From the IMG/VR virus record IMGVR_UViG_3300032329_000245, positions 1,091 through 65,090 of that record: a stretch of 64,000 nt of DNA; one strand, written 5' to 3'. The notes below the pieces were generated by a model, which had not been told where the DNA came from, made no database searches, and worked only from the letters and a program-made list of their open reading frames with translations. Positions 52,696 to 63,500 of the stretch are shown here, one piece after another. Both the position numbers and the translations under genes were made by a program. Position 1 is the stretch's first letter. The number at the start of each line of letters is the position of its first letter. Source of the DNA: a virus. Lineage: Duplodnaviria > Caudoviricetes.

Positions 52696-55071
52696 ATGCC
52701 ATTACAGAAGTTACAATTTCGTTCCGGACTTAACCGAGAAGGTACTGACTACTCAAACGAGGGTGGTTGGTATGATGGGGATAAAATTCGTTTTCGTTCT
52801 GGATTTCCTGAAAAAATTGGTGGTTGGACTCAACAATCTCCTAATCAGTTTTTAGGTTTGTGTCGCTCACTTTGGAGCTGGATTGATTTAAATGGTAACT
52901 ATTATTTAGGTGTTGGCACTAGCGTTAAGTATTATATTTCTGCTGGTGGATACTATAACGACATAACACCATTTTCTACCGTCACGACTACGGCAACTGC
53001 ATCAACTGGGTATTCTACTTTAAACGGCACAATTACTGCTATTGCAACATCCTTAACCGTAACATCTGGAGCATCGTTTGCTTCCTCTGGTGTAATTTTA
53101 ATTGGTACAGAAAAGATAGCGTATGGCGCTAAAGCAGGTAATGTTTTATCAGGGTTAACCCGTGGATACGGTGGAACAACAGCAGCGCCACATACTACAG
53201 GTGCAGTTGTTGCTTCTTATACTATTTTAATTACTGACGCATCATATAATCCCAATCAAGGAGATTATCTTTGTTTTTACAATGCCTCTAGCGCTATTAC
53301 AGTAGGTGGTATTACTTTAGCCACTGCGGGACAATATGTTGAATATCTTGTAGTTACTGTACCGACTACATCAACTTATACAATCTTAGCCACAACGCCA
53401 GCAACATCTGCGACAACATCTGCGGCAATTACAAGTACGTATTATGAGTTTCCTGCCGGCGCAAATACTTACGTTCCGGGTACTGGATGGGGTGTAGGTC
53501 CTTGGGGTCGTGGCGGTTGGGGTAGTGGATATACTTCAGGCGTAACTCAAACATTGCGTTTATGGTCTAACGATAATTTTGGACAAGACTTAGTTATTGC
53601 CCCTCGTGGTGGTCCTATTTTCTATTGGCAAGATGCTAATGGCGTATTTGTTAGAGCTCAATACTTATCTTCTTTGGCTAACACAACAACACTATTAACG
53701 CTTACAGCAACTACAGATATATCTTTTGCTTCAGGTGCTACTTCTATTACTGTAAGCGCTTTATTTGCTCCTAGTATTTACCCTAATATGTATATTACTG
53801 GAACCGGCATACCGGCAAATACTAAAGTTTCACAGGCGTATATTACTGGTTCAACAACCGTGCCGTTAACATTTACTTCTCCAGCAACAGCTACTACGGC
53901 AATAGGCTCAGGAAGTTACAATTTTTCTTATGCTGGTGCGTATGTTCCTATTGAGACTTTGCAGGTAATCTCTTCCTCTATTCAGCAATTTATTATTGCA
54001 TTTGGAGCTAATTCATACAGTGCAAGTAATGCTAATACTACATTTAATCCCATGCTTGTACGCTGGTCGGATCAAGCCAATCCATACCAGTGGATACCAC
54101 AAGTAACAAACCAATCAGGTGAATTTACTTTAACCAACGGTTCTTACATTTTGGCTGCACGTACAACCCGTCAGGAGATTCTTGTTTGGACTGATTCAGC
54201 TCTTTATTCTATGCAGTATCTTGGACCTCCTTACATCTGGGGTTTCCAAGTCTTAATGGACAACATATCTGTTATATCACCAAACTGTATGGTGACAGTC
54301 AATAACGTAACGTATTGGATGGGTAAAGAGAAGTTCTATATTTACTCCGGTACAGTGCAAACTTTACCATGTTCTTTGCGTCAGTACATTTTTGATGATA
54401 TTAACCAAGCGCAGTCTTATCAAATATTTTGCGGTGCCAATGAAGGCTACAACGAAGTATGGTGGTTTTATCCTAGCCTTAGTGGCGGGGGTCAAACCGT
54501 AGACAAATATGTCATTTATAACTATTTAGATCAGGTATGGTATTACGGCAGTATGTCTCGTACCGCTTGGTTAGAAACAGGTATTTACAACTACCCAATT
54601 GCTGCCGACTACAACAGTAGATTGCTTTACCACGAGAATGGAGTAGATGATGTCGCTACAGGAACTTCGTTGCCTATTGATGCTTATATTCAGTCTTCCG
54701 ATTTTGATATTGGTGATGGACACAATTTTGGATTTATATGGAGAATTTTACCGGACGTAAACTTTAACGGGTCTAATAATGGCTATCCTGTTGTTACTAT
54801 GACCGTAGCACCAAGACAAAACTCAGGTTCTGCATACGGCCCAGCCGATAATCCATCCGTAAATTCTTTAGGTGGAACAAATACGTTTAGAGGTGCACCG
54901 CAACCCTATAGCCCAACCAATCAGGTATATACAATCCAAGAGTTTGATGGTCAGGTTTATACACGACTACGTGGTAGACAAATGTCGTTTAGGATTGAAT
55001 CAAATACTGTAGGAACTACATGGCAGTTAGGTAGCCCACGAATTGATATTAGACCAGACGGGCGTAGATAA
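52696..55071 (+). CDS. Tail nozzle/stabilisation protein (P22 gp10 / tubular-B-like)
   Basis: 791-aa beta-propeller-like sequence; MLVRWSDQ, FNEVWWFYP-like segment, precedes the ejection genes. Confidence 0.7.
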   Translation: MPLQKLQFRSGLNREGTDYSNEGGWYDGDKIRFRSGFPEKIGGWTQQSPNQFLGLCRSLWSWIDLNGNYYLGVGTSVKYYISAGGYYNDITPFSTVTTTATASTGYSTLNGTITAIATSLTVTSGASFASSGVILIGTEKIAYGAKAGNVLSGLTRGYGGTTAAPHTTGAVVASYTILITDASYNPNQGDYLCFYNASSAITVGGITLATAGQYVEYLVVTVPTTSTYTILATTPATSATTSAAITSTYYEFPAGANTYVPGTGWGVGPWGRGGWGSGYTSGVTQTLRLWSNDNFGQDLVIAPRGGPIFYWQDANGVFVRAQYLSSLANTTTLLTLTATTDISFASGATSITVSALFAPSIYPNMYITGTGIPANTKVSQAYITGSTTVPLTFTSPATATTAIGSGSYNFSYAGAYVPIETLQVISSSIQQFIIAFGANSYSASNANTTFNPMLVRWSDQANPYQWIPQVTNQSGEFTLTNGSYILAARTTRQEILVWTDSALYSMQYLGPPYIWGFQVLMDNISVISPNCMVTVNNVTYWMGKEKFYIYSGTVQTLPCSLRQYIFDDINQAQSYQIFCGANEGYNEVWWFYPSLSGGGQTVDKYVIYNYLDQVWYYGSMSRTAWLETGIYNYPIAADYNSRLLYHENGVDDVATGTSLPIDAYIQSSDFDIGDGHNFGFIWRILPDVNFNGSNNGYPVVTMTVAPRQNSGSAYGPADNPSVNSLGGTNTFRGAPQPYSPTNQVYTIQEFDGQVYTRLRGRQMSFRIESNTVGTTWQLGSPRIDIRPDGRR

Positions 55072-55373
55072 TGGCTACAGTTAAAAATACACCAATACGT
55101 CCATCAAAAGCTCCTAACTTACCTGTTGCTCCGACAACGTATACCCAACAATACCAAGATCAAATTTTAAATGTATTACGTCTTTATTTTAACCAAGTAG
55201 ATAATTTTTCTCAAAGTATAGCAATACCTGATTCTGGAACAACTGCAAATAGACCAATAAATAATGTACAAACACCGTTGTCTGTAGGGCAATTTTATTT
55301 TGATACAACGCTTGGAATTCCTATTTGGTACAACGGAACTGTGTGGAAAAATGCTAGTGGAACTACGGTTTAA
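55071..55373 (+). CDS. Small tail protein
   Basis: GTTANRP...GQFYFDTTLGIPIWYNGTVW. Confidence 0.55.
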   Translation: MATVKNTPIRPSKAPNLPVAPTTYTQQYQDQILNVLRLYFNQVDNFSQSIAIPDSGTTANRPINNVQTPLSVGQFYFDTTLGIPIWYNGTVWKNASGTTV

Positions 55374-55407
55374 ATGTTATTATATGAGAAATTAAGAGAG
55401 GTGTAAT

Positions 55408-56601
55408 ATGGCTGGTGGAAATAACGACCAAATGTTAAATATGGGGCTTATGATAGCCGCCGGTGTAGCTGCGCCTGAACTTGCGCCTTTTCTTATGGAA
55501 GGTGGTGCCGGTGCTGCTGCATTAGGTATAGAAGGTGGTCTAGGAGCCACAGCCGCTACGGGCATTACTGGGGCTGCTTTAGGGGGAACTGCTGGCGCAC
55601 TTACTGGACAAGATGTTGCTAAATCTGCTGCTATGGGTGGACTTGGTGGTGCAGCTGCTGGCTACTTTGGTGGAGTAAATGCTGCTGATCCGGGTTCTAT
55701 GTTAGCGCAAGGACCAACAGTTTCCGGTGCTAGTTTAAATACAGTGCCAACTGCTATACCTTCTTCTACCGTTGGGATGGATGCTGCTGGGTTAATGCAA
55801 GAACCAACAGCGCTTTATTCTCCAGATCAAGCTAAAAATATTGTAAGTGGTATGCAACCAACAACTTTGTCTGGGTCAAGTCCACAATCAATAACAGGAC
55901 AGGCTTTACCTTCAACTCCAACCGCATCTTCTGGCATAGCAAGCAATTTTGATAAAGCAAACATGATTGGTGGTGGGGTTGCTGGTATTAACGCATTGTT
56001 AAGTGCTCCCCCCAATGCTGCGTATACACCTCCCGGTGCTGTTTATAAAGGTGGTAATCTACAAAAATTTAAATACGATCCTGATTTATACAAACCTGAC
56101 ATAGTCATACCTCCAAACCCTAAATATAGAGCTCAATATGCAGAAGGCGGTATTACGTCTTTAGCTATGGGAGGTCAGCCTAATCAAATGTACCCAATGA
56201 GTCAGCAAGAACATACAAACTTTATGGACCCGACTCAATTACCATCTAGCGCTATGGAAGTAAGAAATTTTGAACCTGCTACAAACCCAATGACAGGTAC
56301 GCCTACTCAGCCAATGCGTGAAGGTGGTATTGCTCAACTAGCTGTGGGGGGTAAGTTATTAAGAGGTGATGGCGATGGCATGAGTGACGACATTAAAGCT
56401 AATATTAGCGGTAGACAAGAAGCTCGTTTAGCGGATGGTGAGTTTGTAATTCCAGCAGATGTTGTGTCTCATTTAGGTAATGGCTCTACAGATGCTGGCG
56501 CTAAGCATTTATATTCTATGATGGATAAAGTTCGTCAGGCTAGAGTAGGTACTAAAAAGCAAGGTAGACAGATTAACCCAAATAGATATTTACAGGTTTA
56601 G
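55408..56601 (+). CDS. Internal virion/ejection protein
   Basis: Gly/Ala-rich hydrophobic N-terminus; C-terminal GDGMSDDI.A...RLADGEFVIPADVV domain. Confidence 0.6.
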   Translation: MAGGNNDQMLNMGLMIAAGVAAPELAPFLMEGGAGAAALGIEGGLGATAATGITGAALGGTAGALTGQDVAKSAAMGGLGGAAAGYFGGVNAADPGSMLAQGPTVSGASLNTVPTAIPSSTVGMDAAGLMQEPTALYSPDQAKNIVSGMQPTTLSGSSPQSITGQALPSTPTASSGIASNFDKANMIGGGVAGINALLSAPPNAAYTPPGAVYKGGNLQKFKYDPDLYKPDIVIPPNPKYRAQYAEGGITSLAMGGQPNQMYPMSQQEHTNFMDPTQLPSSAMEVRNFEPATNPMTGTPTQPMREGGIAQLAVGGKLLRGDGDGMSDDIKANISGRQEARLADGEFVIPADVVSHLGNGSTDAGAKHLYSMMDKVRQARVGTKKQGRQINPNRYLQV

Positions 56602-56609
56602 GAGAATAT

Positions 56610-57146
56610 ATGGCGGGCGGCGGACAAGTGGCAACGGCAACACAGGCACCAGCATTTTCTTCTGGGCAGACTTATGGGGGTATGCCTATTGGGAATGCTT
56701 ATGCACAACAGCAACCACAACAGATGCCGCAACAGATGCCGCAACAGATGCCACAATCAATGCAACAAGTGCAGCAGATGGCGCAGCAGAGACCTCATAA
56801 CAGAGGGGCTTTTAGTGATCAAAGTATGGATGATGGCATGATGTCTAGTTCTGTATATAACCCACAACCACAAACCCCATTAGGAATTGCTGGGCTGCAA
56901 AACAACTTGCCTTCGTCTGTTGGTATGGGCGGTATGGGCGGTATGGGTGGTATGGGTGGTATGGGTGGTATGGGCGGCACGGATGTTATTGTTCATGGTA
57001 TGCCTGTTAATAATGGAATGCAACAAAACGGTTTAGGAGATATGCAAAAAGCTCAACAAGGTATGGATGCGTTAAGCCAACAACTAAGGGGACAGCAACA
57101 AACAACGGAACAGCGGTATAAGACAACTCCGGAATTTTTGGTTTGA
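56610..57146 (+). CDS. Low-complexity Gln/Met/Gly protein
   Basis: QQMP x3 and GGM x5 tracts. Confidence 0.5.
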   Translation: MAGGGQVATATQAPAFSSGQTYGGMPIGNAYAQQQPQQMPQQMPQQMPQSMQQVQQMAQQRPHNRGAFSDQSMDDGMMSSSVYNPQPQTPLGIAGLQNNLPSSVGMGGMGGMGGMGGMGGMGGTDVIVHGMPVNNGMQQNGLGDMQKAQQGMDALSQQLRGQQQTTEQRYKTTPEFLV

Positions 57147-57544
57147 TTGTTCAATTTGTAGAACCTCGTTTTATTGTAGGTATATGGGATCAAATTAAAC
57201 CATATATAGAAAGTGCGTTAAAACATACAGATGACTATAACGCTGACCAAGTCAAAGTATTTTTAACAAACGGTAGTTGGAGTTTGTTTATCACAACAGA
57301 AGATAATGTTTTATATGGTGTAGCTACAGTAACATTAGAAAACGGGGTTAACCATAGAACCGCAATGATTACTACAATTAGTGGTAAAGGAATTATTAAT
57401 AAGGAAGCAATGGAACAACTAATCAATATATTAAAAACATTTGGTGTAACTCGTATACACGGGTATGCCAGAGATTCTTTGGTTAGGTTATACCAACGTT
57501 TTGGGTTAGAAAAGAAAGCCAATTTAGTGGAGTTTAAATTATGA
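57143..57544 (+). CDS. GNAT-like acetyltransferase-fold protein
   Basis: beta/alpha pattern ending in RLYQRFGL; position among ejection genes. Confidence 0.5.
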   Translation: MIVQFVEPRFIVGIWDQIKPYIESALKHTDDYNADQVKVFLTNGSWSLFITTEDNVLYGVATVTLENGVNHRTAMITTISGKGIINKEAMEQLINILKTFGVTRIHGYARDSLVRLYQRFGLEKKANLVEFKL

Positions 57545-58839
57545 GATATGACCATTTTAGTATGCTCCCTGAAAGAGCTTTTCAAAAGAAACTAGGTACC
57601 CATGCTCCTGCAACTTTAGAAGGCGGAGGCGGAGGCGGTCCAGCTCCAGCAGCACAACCAACAACATCTACAGTAACTAATACAAACATTCCAGACTATG
57701 CACAGCCATATGTAGAAACTATGTTAGGTGCAACGCAACAACAATTATTTAACACCACACAAAATGCTGATGGTACAACACAAATTACTGGGGTTAAGCC
57801 GTATACACCATATAGTACTAACCCACAAGATTACTTTGCCGGATTTAGCCCGCTTCAACAACAAGCCCAACAAGGCGTTGCCAATATGCAAATGCCCGGT
57901 CAATATAATACAGCAACTGGATTAGCATCTGCTTCGGGTATGGGTGCTCTTGGAACTACAGGTCAAGCTGGAATGTACGGGCAGCAAGGTGCACAAGCTG
58001 GACAACAAGGTGCTCGTATGTCAAACGCATATGGTGGCATGGGTGCTATGCAAGGACAACAAGGAGCAAATATAGGCGCTTCATTAGGACAGATGGCACA
58101 AGACCCTAATGTAGTACAGGGATATATGAATCCTTATTTACAGGCTAGTTTAAATCCACAGCTTGCTGAAGCACAACGTCAATATGATATTACTGGACAG
58201 CAACAACAAGGCGCAGCTACTAAGTCAGGTGCTTTTGGTGGAAGTCGTGAAGCATTAATGGCGGCTGAGAATCAGCGTAATGCTAATATGGCAAAGAACC
58301 AAATGATTGGTCAGGGGTATAACACTGCGTTCCAAAATGCTCAACAGCAAATGCAAGCCGCTAATCAAGCAGCTTTGGCTGGAAATCAACAAGCTATGCA
58401 AGGTTATGGCATGGGTTTACAAGGTGCTGGGCAAGCCGGGCAATTAGGTATTCAGGGCGCTCAAGCTGGCTTGGCTGGTGTTGGCGCACAACAAGCTGGA
58501 TATGGTCAGGCTGGTCAAGCAGCAAGTAATTTAGCTAATATTGGCGGGCAACAGTTACAAGCGCAACAAGGTATTTACGGGTTACAGAATAATATTGGTG
58601 CACAGCAACAAGCTCATCAACAAGACATTATTAATCAGCAAATTCAAAATTACGCTGTTGCACAGCAGTACCCACAACAACAACTTGCGTTTATGAATGC
58701 AATGCTACGTGGACTTCCAATGCAAGCTGGAAGCACCCAAATGTATCAAGCACAACCTAGCGCTGTTTCACAGGCTGCTGGTTTAGGTACTGCCGGTATT
58801 GCTGGGTTAGGTTTGTATAATACAATGAATAGACCTTAA
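57541..58839 (+). CDS. Ejection (DNA-transfer) protein
   Basis: Gln/Gly-rich; YMNPYLQ..., GAFGGSREAL. Confidence 0.65.
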   Translation: MRYDHFSMLPERAFQKKLGTHAPATLEGGGGGGPAPAAQPTTSTVTNTNIPDYAQPYVETMLGATQQQLFNTTQNADGTTQITGVKPYTPYSTNPQDYFAGFSPLQQQAQQGVANMQMPGQYNTATGLASASGMGALGTTGQAGMYGQQGAQAGQQGARMSNAYGGMGAMQGQQGANIGASLGQMAQDPNVVQGYMNPYLQASLNPQLAEAQRQYDITGQQQQGAATKSGAFGGSREALMAAENQRNANMAKNQMIGQGYNTAFQNAQQQMQAANQAALAGNQQAMQGYGMGLQGAGQAGQLGIQGAQAGLAGVGAQQAGYGQAGQAASNLANIGGQQLQAQQGIYGLQNNIGAQQQAHQQDIINQQIQNYAVAQQYPQQQLAFMNAMLRGLPMQAGSTQMYQAQPSAVSQAAGLGTAGIAGLGLYNTMNRP

Positions 58840-58848
58840 GGAATTAAT

Positions 58849-60525
58849 ATGAGTATTCAACAAAATATTGCTTCTGATTATTATGCAATGGCTAACCACG
58901 CTCAGACCCCTGAGCAAATTAATGCTGTACGCCAACATATAGCACAAACAATTCAAAACGGTGGATTAGAAGCATATAAAGGCATTCCTATTCTTAATGA
59001 GTTAAATGGAAAACTTACAGCACTGCAAAGCGCTGATCAGATGAAAGCTGGGTTGTTACCACAGAAACCACCTATTGCACAACAAGTATTAAGCCAAGCA
59101 ACACAACCGCAGCAAGCACCACAGCCTATGCAGCCTGAACCTATGCCAACAGAGAGTAGGTCAAGTGGTGTTGATGAGTTACCCTCTAGACTTCCTACTG
59201 AAATGGCAGAGGGTGGGATTGTTCCTAGATTTAGTGGGCCGTTTGGTAGCCAAGTAAGTTCTTCATTATTGCAACCGGGATTCGGGGAAATGTTTAATGG
59301 TCCTGTGAATGAGATGAACCGTAACCCAAATAAACCATATACGATGGAAGAAATTCAAAAGAATTTAAGGGAAGGTAGAGCAGCGGAAGCAGCTAGAAAT
59401 GCTCATAAGATTGGTCCTCCAGCACCTCCATCAGCACCTATAAGTATTTCGGAAGTTATGAAAAAATTTGGCGGTTCGTCAGATGCTAACGTGTTTCCTA
59501 ATATGCCTAACACTGGGGGTATTGCTGACTTAAATTATTTTAATCAATTACAGACTGAATTAAAAAAAGACCCATCAAATCAAACTTTTAAAGATGAAAT
59601 TAATAAGCTATTACGTAACAATCCAAAACTTGAAAGTCAGTCTTTACAGTTAACACCATCTAAATTAGGTAGCAATCCATATGACGTTGAAGATGCGCAA
59701 CTTGGTATTTCACAAAAAGGACCAGCTGATCTTCCAAAAAATGTTCAAGAAACATTAGATAAATACAATACATCAAAAAAACAAGAAACAAAAGAAATTA
59801 AAAAATTATCTAATAAACCTATAGATACAATTAAAAAAGAAGTGGCAGATGAAATTGTAAAAGGCGAAGTTGGTCCACCTAAAGATTTAATGACGGCTGA
59901 AACTACTACACCTAAAGAAGATGCTTTAAGTAAATACGAGCAGATGCTTACACAATCTCCTGAAGCAAGACAAAAAGAAAGAGACTTAGATTTTTATACT
60001 CGTTTATTCCAAGCAGGTATTGGAGTTGCTAGTGGTAGTTCTAGAAATGCTCTTGAAAATCTTAAGGAAGCACAACCTGCTATTGCTGGGTTTGCATCTG
60101 ATATTGCTAAGCAACGTGAAGAAGACCGTAGCCGAATTAAAGACCTTGCTGCTCTTGGACTTAAGCGTGAAGAGTTTGGTATGGAACTTAAAAAGCTTGG
60201 ACTTACTGAAAAACAAATTAATGCGGTTAGCAAACACTATGAAGATTGGAACCGTCATAATATAGCAATGGAAGGTCTTGAAAAGCAAAAAATTGGGGTG
60301 CATCAACAACAACTTGCTTTATCTAAACTTCAAGGTAATGATATAAAAACTACTAGAGAAATAGATAATATGTTTAAGACTTTATCAGCAAACCCGAAAA
60401 ATATGACTAAATCCGAAGACGAAATATATGCAATGGCAAAAAGGTTAGTGACGGGACAAGGTGGTGTTAGTGGACCTGTTGGATCTTGGACACCCCAAGG
60501 TGGATACGTAGCAAATAAAGGATAG
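58849..60525 (+). CDS. Ejection/internal virion protein
   Basis: 558 aa, helical/low-complexity, in the ejection cluster. Confidence 0.55.
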   Translation: MSIQQNIASDYYAMANHAQTPEQINAVRQHIAQTIQNGGLEAYKGIPILNELNGKLTALQSADQMKAGLLPQKPPIAQQVLSQATQPQQAPQPMQPEPMPTESRSSGVDELPSRLPTEMAEGGIVPRFSGPFGSQVSSSLLQPGFGEMFNGPVNEMNRNPNKPYTMEEIQKNLREGRAAEAARNAHKIGPPAPPSAPISISEVMKKFGGSSDANVFPNMPNTGGIADLNYFNQLQTELKKDPSNQTFKDEINKLLRNNPKLESQSLQLTPSKLGSNPYDVEDAQLGISQKGPADLPKNVQETLDKYNTSKKQETKEIKKLSNKPIDTIKKEVADEIVKGEVGPPKDLMTAETTTPKEDALSKYEQMLTQSPEARQKERDLDFYTRLFQAGIGVASGSSRNALENLKEAQPAIAGFASDIAKQREEDRSRIKDLAALGLKREEFGMELKKLGLTEKQINAVSKHYEDWNRHNIAMEGLEKQKIGVHQQQLALSKLQGNDIKTTREIDNMFKTLSANPKNMTKSEDEIYAMAKRLVTGQGGVSGPVGSWTPQGGYVANKG

Positions 60526-60527
60526 AT

Positions 60528-63500
60528 ATGCCTTTAGTAAATGTGCAGGGGGTAGGGTTAATTAATTTTCCTGAAGGTATGTCCGGAGAAGAAATTAATT
60601 CGGCTATTCGTAAAGATATACTTCCAAATTATCCTGACGTAGCCTCTAAAACTAAGCGTAGTTGGGGGGAAGCTGCTACTGATATAGGTGGTGGACTTTT
60701 AAGTACTGTTGGGCAACTTGCTCAATTACCGGGACAAATTAGTGACCTTGCTGGGTTAACTACACCTGAGAAAAAACCTACAGGGTTACAAGGACTAGGT
60801 TCTGAACTAGAACAATACGGACAAAGTTTAAAGTCTCCTACATTAGTAGGTAAAGAAATAATGCGTGGTCGTAAGATTGCAGAAGCTTCTGAAAAAGGTA
60901 TGTTGCCTGAATTCACAACTGCAATTAAAGAAACACTCAAAGATCCTGCGTTGTTGACATCATTTTTTGCTGAGCAAATACCTAACCTAGTTGGTTCTTG
61001 GGGTGGTGGGTTGTTGGCTAAAGGTGCAACTAAAGCAGTGATGTATGCGGCTACGGAAGAGGCGTTGGCTAAAGCGTTACCTAAAGCTGGGTTACGTGGT
61101 GCTATTGGTACGGGTGCTATACAACAAGGTGCCGATATTGGGCACGATACATACAAAGTTATATACGACAAGTTAATTGATCAAGGTATGAGTGATCACG
61201 ATGCTAATGCAATTGCATTGTCTAAGGGTCGTATAGCGGCGATTGAGGCGGCTGGTATTTCATTAGGTACGGCTAAACTTCCGGGCGGTGCTTCTATTGA
61301 ACGTGCATTGGCAGGAAAGGGATTACCCGGAGCTGGTGGGTTCCTTAAAGGTGCATTGGGTGAAGCCGCTAGTGAGGCTATTGAAGAAGGTGGCGGTAAG
61401 TTTGCATCTAACGTAGGGGTTAAAGAAGTATTCCCTGAGACAAGCCTATCTCAAGGTGTTGGTTCAGCAGCAGGTATGGGTGCATTGGGGGGTGCGTTAT
61501 TTGGTGGTCCCGCCGGTGCAGTTAATGCTAGATATGAAGCAAAGCAACAACAAGCAATAGATACTCAAAATGCTTTAAATATTGCCAACCAACAAGCCCA
61601 AGCACAGGCGGCTCAGCAAGAACAAGCAGCACAGCAACAACAAATACAAGCGGCTCAAGAAGCGATAAAAGCTGAGGCTGAGCAAAGAGATTTAGAAATT
61701 GCTTTAGCCCGTACACCATTTACAGACTCACAAGCATACGCTGATTTATCGGCTCAAGTTGAAAAAGCAAAAGCAAAAACAATAGCAGCAAATGAAAAAG
61801 CAGATAAAGCAAAACAAGCTTATAAAGAATCAGCTTTTCATACAGCAAAACAAGATGAATTTGGTAATATATTACCGGAAGAATTTCAACCTAGACTTAT
61901 TGGGCAAGATACATTTAAAGAAATAGGTATTGGTGGCGGTCCGAATATTAAAATAAAACAACAGTTGCTTGGTAAAGATTTAAGAGATCCTGTACAAGTG
62001 GCGGAAGTGAAGTCTATACTAGAAGACTATGCAAATGGTAAAAATCGTAGTGCTAATATAATTAAAGGTGTAGAAACATTTCTACAAAGACCTGAGTTTA
62101 AGAATATTGAACAAGGAGAGATCAATGCAGGGATCAGTGGAATTAACGGTGAAACAGATAGAGGTAGCGTTAGCGTACTTGGACAGACCGGAGCCAAGCC
62201 TGCCGCCGAAGGAATTACCGCCCCTAACGGAATACCAATGGGTGGAGTTAATGCACCTACTAAAAAACCTAAAGTTCGAAAAGCAAATGTCCAGCCTACA
62301 CTAACAGAACAAGAACAAGCCGATATACAAGCTGAGCTAGACGCTGAGTTGGAACAAGGCACACCTGCCAATATGATGCCAGTTACCGAGCAAGAGCAAC
62401 CCGTTGCGCAACAAACTGCAACTCCGACAACTAACCCGATGCAACAGATGACGCAACAACTTGCGCCTGAAGAGCAACAACAAGAAGTAGTAGAGCAGCC
62501 GCCATTAAAACCTATGGCGGAAGATTTGGTGTCGCAAGAAATACCTTATACAAAAGCTGAAGACGATTACGCAAGTTTAAAAGACCAAATTGACTTCCTT
62601 ACTCCAATGTTGGCGACTTCAGACCCAAAAGAACGTGCGGATACACTAAAACAAATAAAAGATTTACAAAATAAAATAGTTGAATTACAACAAGCCAAGC
62701 CTACTAAAAAAGGTAAAGGACTTAAAAAAGCTAAGCTAGAAACTACAACCGGTGTTACTAGTGAAAAACTAACTGCTCATCTAAATAACGGTGATTTAAC
62801 TCGTGCATTAAGAGAAATTGCGGACAATACAAAAGACTTTACACCTATTGAAAACTTAGTAGCAAATCGTCTTTTAAGTAATAAGATGTTTAAAATGCCT
62901 AAGTTTCAGTTAGTTGATAGAAGTCAAATAGAAGGTGCGCCGGGGATGTATGCCCCTAGACTAGATACGGTTTATATTGCTAAAGACGCAACTGATTCCC
63001 ATACTGTATTGCATGAAACAACTCATGCTTTTTTACATGCGGCTATACATGAATTTGAAGAAGGCAATATAGAAAACAAAGCCCTTACTGATTTAAAAGG
63101 AATATACGAACATGTTCTTAAAGTAGCGCCTGAATTACAAAGCGCATACGGTATGAAGAATCTTAGCGAGTTTGCGTCTGAGGTGATGTCTAATAGAGAC
63201 TTCCAAGAAAAACTTAAACAGATCCCATACAGACGTGAAAATATATTTATTGCATTTGCTCGTGATGTAATGCGTATTCTTGGATTGGCAGATACTGACA
63301 TTGTTAATTCGTTCGGTGCGTCATTAATAACAATCGAACGTGCGTTAAATGCGGGTCGTAATATTCAAGAAACACAAATTACAGGTAAGGGAGAAACACC
63401 TAATGCTAACCTTGCTAATAAAGCCGATTTAGACTCTTTGCTTAACGCTACTGGGTATAAAGAAAAACCTGCTGAAGTAAAAGGTTTAGGTGCCGCCTTC

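Noticed and set aside
56720-56980. CAGATGCCGCAA and GGTATGGGC/T tandem repeats as a regulatory array
   Set aside because: In-frame low-complexity coding repeats (QQMP, GGM).
1692-63301. Numerous 60-150-aa ORFs antisense to or nested in long genes (e.g. 3642..3968, 18844..19197, 43347..43697, 60722..61171)
   Set aside because: Shadow ORFs on the opposite strand or in alternate frames of well-supported genes, with no SD or recognisable motifs.
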